Assembly: GCA_031400935.1 (NCBI GenBank)
Contig: JANNQV010000015.1
Span: 124,001 to 188,000, forward strand
Source of the DNA: Armatimonadota bacterium
Lineage (GTDB): Bacteria > Armatimonadota > Fimbriimonadia > Fimbriimonadales > Fimbriimonadaceae
Reading direction: 5' to 3'
Length of the DNA: 64,000 bases
Below the pieces are notes generated by a model, which had not been told where the DNA came from, did no database searches, and saw only the letters and a list, made by a program, of their open reading frames with translations. A program made the position numbers and the translations under genes. This document shows positions 47,653-56,367 of the stretch, piece by piece (within the stretch, counting starts at the first letter, position 1; each line of letters begins with the position of its first letter).

Positions 47653-48921
47653 ATGCCCGAAATCCCTTGGTGGAAAGAGATGAGCCGCTATCAGTGGCTC
47701 GTTTTAGTAGTTGCTTGGCTCGGCTGGGTGTTCGACATCATGGACACCGCCCTTTTCCAAATGGTGAAAGTGCCGATGCTCACCGATCTTTTGGGCGGAA
47801 AAGCAGCCTATGATCTCCACGGAAAAGTCATCGAGGGCCAAATCCAGATGGTCTTCATTCTGGGTTGGGCGATAGGTGGAGTCCTTTTTGGCGTTTTAGC
47901 GGACAAATGGGGCAGAACGAAGACTTTGGTCGCCACGATCCTAATCTATTGTGCTTTGACCGGATTGACTGGGCTTTGCCAATCATGGGAACAGGTTGCA
48001 GTGATTCGTTTTCTTACTGCAATTGGCATTGGTGGCGAATGGGCGGCTGGCGCTGCATTGGTGGCTGAAGTCGTTCCGAATCGAGCAAGAGCCGGAGCCG
48101 CAGCGATTCTGCAAACAGCGGCTGCCATTGGCCCGATCTTGGCTGCGCTTGCAAATCAAGGCTTGGCAGGCGAAAGCTGGCGATGGATGTTTGCTATCGG
48201 AATCGTGCCTGCAGCGCTTACCATCGTCATTCGAATGAAGGTCAAAGAGCCAGATCGTTGGATCGCCGCCGAACCAACGGCACAATCGGGTTGGCTCAGC
48301 CCAATTCAAGAGCTGTTTAGCGAGCCTCGCTGGCGTCGAAATGCAATTGTTGCTATGGTAGTCGGATTGGTTGGAATCGCTGGTGCCGGAACGGTTACCT
48401 ACTGGATGCCGAACTTGGTCAAAGAAGTTTCAGTCGGGCTTTCCGATGTTGCCATTCGAGAGAGGACGAGCTACATCACGTACTTTGGACATGCAGGCAC
48501 AATTCTTGGTGTTTTGTTCTTTCCATGGCTTTGCGAGAAAATCGGGCGTAAACGGGCGCTTCTTTCGTTTTTCATTCTCACGCCTCTTGCCTTGGTTGTA
48601 GCACTATATTCGCCAGCAACTTACGAATCCCTGATGTGGAAGGCACCGATTTTGTTCTTTTCCGCTATCGGGTTGACGGCTGGTTTCGGGCTTTACTTCC
48701 CTGAACTGTTTCCCACACGTCTCAGGGCAACGGGTGCAGGTTTTGCCTACAATGTTGCGCGAATCGGGCAAGCCCCAATGCCAGTGATAACAGGTTTCCT
48801 TTCGCAGGCTGCGAATTCTTCGGCATACGGGGTGCTTGTTTCGGGAGGGATTTACTTGCTCGGTCTCGCGGCACTTCCTTTTGCCAAAGAGACAAAGGGG
48901 CAGGGGTTGCCGGATAATTGA
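47653..48921 (+). CDS. MFS transporter
   Basis: GVLADKWGR, GIGGEW, PELFPTRLRATG. Confidence 0.93.
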   Translation: MPEIPWWKEMSRYQWLVLVVAWLGWVFDIMDTALFQMVKVPMLTDLLGGKAAYDLHGKVIEGQIQMVFILGWAIGGVLFGVLADKWGRTKTLVATILIYCALTGLTGLCQSWEQVAVIRFLTAIGIGGEWAAGAALVAEVVPNRARAGAAAILQTAAAIGPILAALANQGLAGESWRWMFAIGIVPAALTIVIRMKVKEPDRWIAAEPTAQSGWLSPIQELFSEPRWRRNAIVAMVVGLVGIAGAGTVTYWMPNLVKEVSVGLSDVAIRERTSYITYFGHAGTILGVLFFPWLCEKIGRKRALLSFFILTPLALVVALYSPATYESLMWKAPILFFSAIGLTAGFGLYFPELFPTRLRATGAGFAYNVARIGQAPMPVITGFLSQAANSSAYGVLVSGGIYLLGLAALPFAKETKGQGLPDN

Positions 48922-48967
48922 ACTCCAGACTAGAGGGCCATCAAAGACCTTGTCAACTTGTTCGACC

Positions 48968-49119
48968 CCTTTGCGACCTTTGCGTTCTTTGCGAGCAATC
49001 TAAAATTGCTCACTTTTGTCGCAAAACTAACTTGATTTATAAGTGTTAGGCTTAACGATATCGACCGCGGTTTGCGAACCATCAGAAATGGCTCGCAAAG
49101 AACGCAAAGGTCGCAAAGG
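48968..49119. repeat. (CGCAAAG)3 family, 29-bp perfect inverted repeat
   Basis: cctttgcgacctttgcgttctttgcgagc (48968-48996) / gctcgcaaagaacgcaaaggtcgcaaagg (49091-49119). Confidence 0.9.
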
Positions 49120-49210
49120 AAAAGTTTCACAGTAGAGGAGAATCGCCACAGACAATACTGCCTGTAACGATTCTCTTAGATATCAACCACTTTCGTTTGT
49201 GAAACCCGAG

Positions 49211-51763
49211 CTACAGAGACTTGATGCTCATCACCCCTTCAATTTGCGCGAGTTTCTTCAGTGCATCTTTGCTGCAAGTTCCAACGGCAATTTTGAGACC
49301 TTCGTCGAGAAGTGCCACCTTGAGTCCAGCCGCTTCGAGTTTGGCTCTCATGCCAGGCGTGACAGTCTTGAAGTCAATCTGGATTTCAAATTCTGTCTTC
49401 TTCGATTCCCGCAGCTCCTTAGCAACTCTTGTTAATAGCAAGTAGCGAACTCGCTGAACCGGAGAGAGTGCCTTTATCGCGTCGGCCTCTGCCTTCGTTC
49501 CTGCGATGGCGCTGAAGGTTTCCAACTTTGCATCGGTCAGTTTGTCAAAGTCCATTGGATTCAGCGGGCTGACGATGATGTTGTAGTCAAGGCCAGCAGC
49601 CCGTTCTGCGGGAGACGTTCCCTTCGTCGCTGGTGGGTTTGCACTAGTGGCACCTCCGCCTCCACCGGTTGTACCGCCACCAGCACCGCCGCCGAAACCT
49701 CCGCCACCTTGTCCTCCAGATCGTAACCGCCGAACTGGAGCGTTTGCAGGCAATCCAAGTGATTGAGTGGCCCTCATTTTCGCCTCGTCGCCGGATATCC
49801 CCTCGTAGCTCACGCCATCTGCCATTTCAACAGGAACACGAATCGTCCTTTGCTTTCCGCCGATATTGACCACCCGATTCTCAACCGCCACAAAAGACGT
49901 GTACTGCGTCATGATTCCGAATGCCACGCCTAGCCTTGTGATTTGCTGGGCGGCCTTCGATTTTCCATCGCCCCTTTGCATCGCAAGGTAATCGGATCGA
50001 GCGACTTCGTTCACCATTTCACGCGCCCAAAGCTTAGCAATTGACGAGCCGTTTCTAAGCGGAGAACTGTCGGAGACTGTATGGTCTTGCGGAGTCGGTT
50101 CAGGATCGTTGGAAGCTTGCAAATTCTCGTCAAGCGAGAACGCTCCACCCGGCAGATCGGGCAAATTTAGCGCAATCTCGTTTCGCCATTCCTGGTCTCC
50201 GCCAAGAAGTCCTGATACCACAATCTTGCCTTTTCCTGGAGTCAAATATCGTCCTTTGACGATAATCGGATGGTCTCCGAACACATCAGGAATCTGTTTA
50301 GGAAGAACGTCAGCCACTTGAACGCCTTGAAACTGCACGTTTACATCAATCAGAACCGGATTCTTAGTTCGCTGAAGGAATCGCTCGACCGCTTTGTCGG
50401 CTTCTTCGGCAAGCGTCACGTATTCAGCATCGCCGCGCCCTTCAAGCCCCATAGAGTCAATCAGAAAACGGTTGACAGAATTACCAATTCCAAATGTGAA
50501 CATACGGCTGTTCTTTCCGTTCTTTCGGATCTCTTCAAGCACTTCATATTCGTTACCGATGTAGCCATCTGTGTTGAAGACGATGAATCGGCGGCGTTTC
50601 GGGTCAATGGCTGGAGCCAACGCACCCTTGACAGCATCAATCAAATGCGTTCCGCCGTTGGCATCAAGCCCGCTCACGAATGCCTTTGCGGATCGAATCG
50701 TTTGATCGGAAACATGCTGCGGCTCTTTCCAAAGATAGTTGCAAGTGTTGCTAAAACTAATCACATTGAACGTGTCACCAGCATTTAGTGTGTCAATGAG
50801 TTTGTGGGTCAATTCTTTTGATTTTTGAATCGGAAATCCGCTTTGGCTGCCCGATTGATCCATCACAAAAACGATCTCTTTAGGCGCAATCTGCTCTGGA
50901 GTCGGGTTCTTTGGCGGCATCAAAATCATCGTGAAGAATCCGCCCAATTTCGGATCGGCATACGCCAAAAACGCCGATTTCATCTGCTTGCCAGCCACTT
51001 GATAGCGAAGGATGAAGTCTCGATTGAGGATTTCGTCTTTCTTCGCCAGCCGAATCACGGCTTGAGAATCGTTCTTTCGGCTGATGTTCACGTCATGCAA
51101 AACCGAATTGATCTCCTCAATCCTCATTCCGGCATCCACGTTCACCGAAAGTTCGATTCCAGCACCAGTTCGAGTGCCTTTGGGAGTGATAGGCGGCGTG
51201 ATTTTGGCGGCGTCAATGGCGCCCTGTCCAGTAAATCTGTACCCGACTACCATCGGATAATTGAACTCGTAAGTGCCGTTTTCAAACTTCAAAATCTGTA
51301 TGTAGCTGATCTCGACTTCGATGCCTTTGCCTGGCATGATGTTTGCAACCGATTGGGTAAAAATGTTCGGTCGCTCTTGGTCGAGCAAAGCTGCTGTGCG
51401 GCCAGAATTCTTTGCTTCGTCGTAAATCCTGCGAGCATCTTCGCGCGGCTTCACTTGTCCATCAATGATCCGGTCTCCGACCTTGATTCGCATTTGGTCA
51501 ACGGTGGCATCGTTGGGAAGCGGAAATGTGTAAATCGCTTCAATGGGAACGTTTGACGGGTTAGAAAACGACTGTCGAACGGTCACCCTCGTGGCAAAGC
51601 CAGAAATGTCTGCATTTACGGTTGTGTTTTTGAGCGGGCAAAAGACTTCTTTGCCCTCATTTGAAAAGAGAAGGCACCCAGATGTGGGTTCCTGCGGGGC
51701 GGCTTTTGTTGGCGTCTGCAAACCCAATATCAGGGTCGCGACCGCTGTGGCTACGGTTAGCAT
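49211..51763 (-). CDS. VIT and vWA domain-containing secreted protein
   Basis: AGGAGG SD before ATG 51763; EAIYTFPLP, LLDQERPNIFT (VIT); DQSGSQ MIDAS, TDG; YTSFVAV. Confidence 0.9.
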   Translation of the reverse strand: MLTVATAVATLILGLQTPTKAAPQEPTSGCLLFSNEGKEVFCPLKNTTVNADISGFATRVTVRQSFSNPSNVPIEAIYTFPLPNDATVDQMRIKVGDRIIDGQVKPREDARRIYDEAKNSGRTAALLDQERPNIFTQSVANIMPGKGIEVEISYIQILKFENGTYEFNYPMVVGYRFTGQGAIDAAKITPPITPKGTRTGAGIELSVNVDAGMRIEEINSVLHDVNISRKNDSQAVIRLAKKDEILNRDFILRYQVAGKQMKSAFLAYADPKLGGFFTMILMPPKNPTPEQIAPKEIVFVMDQSGSQSGFPIQKSKELTHKLIDTLNAGDTFNVISFSNTCNYLWKEPQHVSDQTIRSAKAFVSGLDANGGTHLIDAVKGALAPAIDPKRRRFIVFNTDGYIGNEYEVLEEIRKNGKNSRMFTFGIGNSVNRFLIDSMGLEGRGDAEYVTLAEEADKAVERFLQRTKNPVLIDVNVQFQGVQVADVLPKQIPDVFGDHPIIVKGRYLTPGKGKIVVSGLLGGDQEWRNEIALNLPDLPGGAFSLDENLQASNDPEPTPQDHTVSDSSPLRNGSSIAKLWAREMVNEVARSDYLAMQRGDGKSKAAQQITRLGVAFGIMTQYTSFVAVENRVVNIGGKQRTIRVPVEMADGVSYEGISGDEAKMRATQSLGLPANAPVRRLRSGGQGGGGFGGGAGGGTTGGGGGATSANPPATKGTSPAERAAGLDYNIIVSPLNPMDFDKLTDAKLETFSAIAGTKAEADAIKALSPVQRVRYLLLTRVAKELRESKKTEFEIQIDFKTVTPGMRAKLEAAGLKVALLDEGLKIAVGTCSKDALKKLAQIEGVMSIKSL

Positions 51764-51925
51764 AAGAATTTCCCTCCTGTAGCCTTTGGAAGTTTTAGAA
51801 GGCAAATCGTTACGAAAATCCTCGTTTTTGTGGGACTCTTTACTCATAAATGTTGGTGTCGCACGATCTTCAATTCGTTCAATTTGGCGTTTAAATTGCC
51901 GTCCCAGGTACATTGAATGCACCCC

Positions 51926-53200
51926 ATGCTCGACCGCCAATCCATCGTCCAACAGCCCGATCTTGTCAAAGCAGGCATCGCCAAAAAGCGTCTCTCAGCA
52001 CCGATTGACGAGATCATTGCCGCTTATGAGCAATGGCGAGTTGTGACGACTCAACTTGGCGAGATGAATGCGAAGCGAAACGCAGTCAGTAAGACTATCG
52101 GAGCATTAATGGCTCAGGGGAAGAAAGATGAAGCGGAAACTGCCAAAGCCGACGCCAAAGAGATTAGCGATGCGATTCCAGAAGTTGAAGAGAAGGAACG
52201 AATTCTCGATTCCAAGTTGAGAGAGCTTGAACTTTCCTGCCCGAACATGGCTCACGAATCGGTGCCTGAAGGGGCTAGCGAAGAAGATAATGTTGTGGTT
52301 CGCACTAGGGGCGAGAAACAAAGCTTCGACTTCGAACCAAAAGCCCATTGGGATTTGGCAACTGCGCTTGGAATCTTAGACTTCGAACGAGCCATTAAGA
52401 TCAGTGGAAGCGGCTATGCCGTTTATCAGGGTTGGGGTGCCAGGCTTCAACGAGCGCTTTTCAATTACATGATTGACTTGCACACCATTCACGGTGAATA
52501 TCTAGAGGTCTATCCGCCCTACGTGGTCAATACGGCAAGCCTTTTGGGAACTGGACAACTGCCCAAATTCGAAGAGGATTTGTACCGTGTGGACGACGAC
52601 CACTTTCTGATTCCGACCGCAGAAGTGCCCGTTACTAACCTGTACCGTGACGAGATTCTAGACGTTTGGCAATTGCCTATCAAAAACGCGGCGTTTTCTG
52701 GTTGTTTTCGAAAAGAGGCTGGGGCGGCTGGCAAAGACACTCGTGGCATACAGAGAATGCACCAATTTGACAAGGTAGAACTCGTCAAAATTTGCTTGCC
52801 AGAGAACAGCTACGACGAGCTCGAACTATTAGTAACCGATGCAGAGAGGGTATTACAGTCACTAGGACTTCACTACCGAGTTTCGCTTCTCTGCGGACCT
52901 GAAATGAGCTTCTCGAATTCGAAATGCTTTGACCTCGAAGTATGGGCGCCAGGCGTTGGCAGATACCTAGAAGTTTCAAGCTGCTCTAACTTCGAAGCGT
53001 TTCAAGCGCGAAGGGCAAATATTAGATTCAGAAGAGCGCAGGGAGAAAAGCCCGAATTTGCTCATGTGCTTAATGGTTCTGGCGTGGCAACACCAAGGTT
53101 ATTTATTGCGATTCTCGAATCATACCAGCAGGCTGACGGAAGCATCGTGATTCCGGAACCTTTGCGGCCATATGTTGGCACAGACCGGATTGAGCAATAG
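51926..53200 (+). CDS. serS: Serine--tRNA ligase
   Basis: [41 protein letters not shown]. Confidence 0.98.
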   Translation: MLDRQSIVQQPDLVKAGIAKKRLSAPIDEIIAAYEQWRVVTTQLGEMNAKRNAVSKTIGALMAQGKKDEAETAKADAKEISDAIPEVEEKERILDSKLRELELSCPNMAHESVPEGASEEDNVVVRTRGEKQSFDFEPKAHWDLATALGILDFERAIKISGSGYAVYQGWGARLQRALFNYMIDLHTIHGEYLEVYPPYVVNTASLLGTGQLPKFEEDLYRVDDDHFLIPTAEVPVTNLYRDEILDVWQLPIKNAAFSGCFRKEAGAAGKDTRGIQRMHQFDKVELVKICLPENSYDELELLVTDAERVLQSLGLHYRVSLLCGPEMSFSNSKCFDLEVWAPGVGRYLEVSSCSNFEAFQARRANIRFRRAQGEKPEFAHVLNGSGVATPRLFIAILESYQQADGSIVIPEPLRPYVGTDRIEQ

Positions 53201-53216
53201 ATGTGAATTACTGATA

Positions 53217-53236
53217 GAGCGCGGAATTTATTCCGC
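53217..53236. repeat. REP-like palindrome
   Basis: gagcgcggaatttattccgc, matches 32734-32753 on the other strand with one mismatch. Confidence 0.7.
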
Positions 53237-53400
53237 ACCCCGATCCGCCGAACTTGTTCGGTCAAAAACAAAGGAAGCATGAACTTGTCCGGGACGGCCA
53301 AGCTACAACTCAGAACCCAGCAACCTCAGCAGTAATACAGGAACCTAAATGAGCCGATCAATGGAATAGCATCTTTGGAAGCTAAGAGGGAGTAGGGTTT

Positions 53401-54774
53401 TTGAGCAATTTTCGGCCAACACAGCACATTGATATCCGGCAGATCGTTCGGGTGGACCCTTCTGTCGTTTTGCGGAGCAAAATCTTAGCTTTGCCTCAGT
53501 TCGAATTAGAGCAGGCAATTGACGCCGAACTTGCCGATAATCCTGCGCTAGAAAGGCTTGATACCGACAACGAACCCATAACTGACGAACAAATTATGAA
53601 GGCCGTGGCTCCTCAAGAAATGAGATCTAGAAATGAGGACGACGAGAGATTTCGCTGCACAGCGCCAGACGACCAAGTTGCAGATTGGATTGATATGGCA
53701 GCGACAACAAATTCGTTGCAAGACCACGTTTTTGCCCAACTCTCTTCCGGCATCCCAGAATCGGATCGTCCGCTTGCTTGGTATTTGGTTGCTTCACTCA
53801 ACGAGCGCGGTTACTTAGATTCCAAACCGGAGGATATCGCAAGAGTGTGCGATTGTTCTTTTGCTCAAATCGAGGCAATGATAGCAAAATTGCACCAATG
53901 CGAACCAGCTGGTGTCGGGGCTCGCTCGGTTACCGAATGCTTGCTTCTTCAACTGAGAGATGCCGAAACTATAGAGGAAAACCTTGCTCGCGGGATTCTT
54001 TCTCATTATCTAGATGAATTGGTCGCGAAAAGAACCACTAAAATATCACGCAAATTCAAGGTTTTGCCAAGTGTTGTTGAAGCCGCCTTTACGGTAATTA
54101 CCGAACTGAATCCAAATCCTGCGGAAGGTTTTTCGACATCTCCCGTTTCACTCATGACATCGAATTCAGTTTCGATTACACCTGACTTGATTATAAGGAG
54201 ATCGGAAATCGGCTGGGAAATTGAGTCAGTCGGCGGCGACCCAACCTTCCTCACGATCAGCGAATCGTATCGGAAAAAATCTCTTTCAAAGCAGAGAGAT
54301 TCTGACCCCGACGTGGCAAAGCACTTGCAAGAATATGGCCATAGGGCAGAGCAATTCCTTCAATGTCTCAAAGACCGAAGGCGAACACTTCGGCAAGTTG
54401 GGCTTTACTTGGTGGAGCACCAAGGCAGCTTTGTTTCAACAGGCCGATACGAATTTCTAGCATCTCTGACACGTAACAAGTTGGCACAAGATGTTGGCTT
54501 GCATGAGTCAACGATAAGCCGCGCAACCATGGGTAAATTCGTTCAAATCGCAAACGGGGATATTGTCCCTTTTGAAGTGTTTTTTAAGCCTGCACTTCGA
54601 GTTCAAAAAATGATCGAAGAGATTCTAAATACAGAAAATCCCAGTTCGCCTCTAAGTGATGAAGCGATTGCCAAAATTTTGGAAACAAAAGGCGTTCAGG
54701 TTGCACGTCGAACGGTGAACAAATACAGGGATAAGACGCGGATGCTGAATTCGCGGACGAGACGGTCGGCGTAG
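53401..54774 (+). CDS. rpoN: RNA polymerase sigma-54 factor
   Basis: NPALE, LNERGYL, EPAGVGAR..ECLLLQL, HESTISRA, PLSD, RpoN box ARRTVNKYR. Confidence 0.93.
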   Translation: MSNFRPTQHIDIRQIVRVDPSVVLRSKILALPQFELEQAIDAELADNPALERLDTDNEPITDEQIMKAVAPQEMRSRNEDDERFRCTAPDDQVADWIDMAATTNSLQDHVFAQLSSGIPESDRPLAWYLVASLNERGYLDSKPEDIARVCDCSFAQIEAMIAKLHQCEPAGVGARSVTECLLLQLRDAETIEENLARGILSHYLDELVAKRTTKISRKFKVLPSVVEAAFTVITELNPNPAEGFSTSPVSLMTSNSVSITPDLIIRRSEIGWEIESVGGDPTFLTISESYRKKSLSKQRDSDPDVAKHLQEYGHRAEQFLQCLKDRRRTLRQVGLYLVEHQGSFVSTGRYEFLASLTRNKLAQDVGLHESTISRATMGKFVQIANGDIVPFEVFFKPALRVQKMIEEILNTENPSSPLSDEAIAKILETKGVQVARRTVNKYRDKTRMLNSRTRRSA

Positions 54775-54775
54775 A

Positions 54776-54891
54776 TTTTGGGAGTGCGCGGGCTTGACCG
54801 CGCTGTTCCAGGAGATCTTGCGAAAATCTGTGTTCAGGAATTCCTAAGGAAAACAAAAGCACAGCGCGGTCAAGCCCGCGCACTCCCAAAA
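54776..54891. repeat. REPIN-like element: 31-bp perfect inverted repeat
   Basis: ttttgggagtgcgcgggcttgaccgcgctgt (54776-54806) / acagcgcggtcaagcccgcgcactcccaaaa (54861-54891). Confidence 0.92.
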
Positions 54892-54895
54892 ACGG

Positions 54896-55918
54896 TTAGT
54901 GCTTGCACTTTGAACAGCAGCCGCACTTTCCAGATTTCAGCAGATCGTCTCGTCGGACAAAAACTAGCTTTTCCGAAATTCGGCTCATGCGCACAATAGC
55001 AAATGGCGAATGCCACTTACGCTGTGTCTTGCTGCCTGTTTCTGGCGGCTTTACTGCGTACATCACATTGAGGGTGTGCTGCCAGGTTCGTTCGATTCCG
55101 ACAATCTGTAGTTCGTATCCCGTTGTTGGCATGCTCCCCAAATGAACTGCCAAAAGCTGCTCTCTAGTCCAATCCACTCTGCTTTGAGGGATGCGGCGTT
55201 CGTCCATTCGGTGCTTCGACAAATAGTCTGCGTATTGGCGTTCTGATTGAATCACAAATGCATCTTCGCGTCCGATGTCTGAATCTGTCCCCGAATCGAA
55301 CGGTGCAAACGGAACTTTGCCAAGGGGCCGAATTCCATAGGAATTGTCAATCGAATACGGTCCAAGCGGAGTCGGGTCGTACCAATTCTCCTTGTTTGAA
55401 TTGCACTTGCACTTCGAGCAGCCGCAACAGCTACCGCCTTTTCCAAACCCCGAAATCGGATCAACTGAAGTCACCTTTCGAAATTGCCATTCTTGAATTC
55501 CTGGACGTTCTATTGCAATCAAAACCCACGGCTGAGTAAGGGCTTGAGTACTCATCGAGCCTTTGCCCGGCGTCAGTTCAACAGTAGCAATGATTCCTGT
55601 CGCTGGTGTCGAACGAGCCACAGTTTCAACATAGATTCGGTAGCCGCCCGTGTTCTTTTCGCCCAAATAAATCGCAACGCAAAATTCTTTGTTTGGATCG
55701 AATTTGTAAGGAACTGTTTGGGCCCCTTGACCGGAATGCTTTGCCCACCAGGTTTGAATGTCGCCAGAAGTGTGCAAAAAATGGTTTTCGGCTTTCTTGA
55801 TTTGTGAAGTCGTGCCTTCAGCAACAGTTCGCCATTTAATTGGCGGCATGCCAACTGTTTGAGCAGATGATTGAGCCAAACAAGCGAGCAAAATGGATAG
55901 GGCGAGAAGCAATCGCAT
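54896..55918 (-). CDS. Secreted protein with two PrcB C-terminal-like domains and Cys clusters
   Basis: Two units LGEKNTGGY.I / LGSMPTTGY.L ... TQALTQP / TQRKWHSP; each followed by a Cys cluster. Confidence 0.75.
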   Translation of the reverse strand: MRLLLALSILLACLAQSSAQTVGMPPIKWRTVAEGTTSQIKKAENHFLHTSGDIQTWWAKHSGQGAQTVPYKFDPNKEFCVAIYLGEKNTGGYRIYVETVARSTPATGIIATVELTPGKGSMSTQALTQPWVLIAIERPGIQEWQFRKVTSVDPISGFGKGGSCCGCSKCKCNSNKENWYDPTPLGPYSIDNSYGIRPLGKVPFAPFDSGTDSDIGREDAFVIQSERQYADYLSKHRMDERRIPQSRVDWTREQLLAVHLGSMPTTGYELQIVGIERTWQHTLNVMYAVKPPETGSKTQRKWHSPFAIVRMSRISEKLVFVRRDDLLKSGKCGCCSKCKH

Positions 55919-56052
55919 AGTTTTTTGACGGGTTGAGGCGGGGCTGGTTTCATGGAACTGCAGGGTATGGGTTGTATGGTTTGGATAGAGGATGCAGGAT
56001 ACGTGGATCCGGGGATGCGGGGATGCCCGCTAACCACAAGCTTTTCATGGAC

Positions 56053-56210
56053 TTCTTTGCGAGCTTTGCGCCTTCGCGAGAAATCAAGGCCTTGAATCTC
56101 TTGCGGTGGCTGCAAAGAATTACGGCGGTATTCCAACGTAGCTGCGGGTCTGTTGCGTGAAACAGTAGTGTAATTTCAATCTCTGGCAAAGGCGCAAAGT
56201 TCGCAAAGAA
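56053..56210. repeat. (CGCAAAG)n family inverted repeat
   Basis: ttctttgcgagctttgcgccttcgcgag / ctggcaaaggcgcaaagttcgcaaagaa. Confidence 0.8.
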
Positions 56211-56285
56211 ACACGTCTGAACAAAATTGAACTTGCGACTGCTTGAAGACCACTCGCCAACAACCAACAACCAACAACTTACAAC

Positions 56286-56318
56286 CTAAAGTAGTTGCCT
56301 CAAAACGTATGGCAAGAT
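56286..56318 (-). repeat. Duplicate of the last 10 codons plus stop of acnA
   Basis: Minus strand ATC TTG CCA TAC GTT TTG AGG CAA CTA CTT TAG = [10 protein letters not shown]. Confidence 0.9.
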
Positions 56319-56342
56319 TCAGGCGTTCTTCCTTGTCAGCCT

Positions 56343-56364
56343 GACAGGATGAATCCTGTCCTAC
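56343..56364 (-). repeat. GTAG-type REP palindrome
   Basis: Minus strand GTAG-GACAGGATTCATCCTGTC. Confidence 0.7.
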
Positions 56365-56367
56365 GCA

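Noticed and set aside
50825..51556. Long antisense ORFs (243 aa here and many shorter ones in the track)
   Set aside because: Shadow frames opposite well-supported genes, with no recognisable motifs
51764..51952. Long start for the VIT/vWA gene overlapping serS
   Set aside because: A strong SD and signal peptide place the start at 51763
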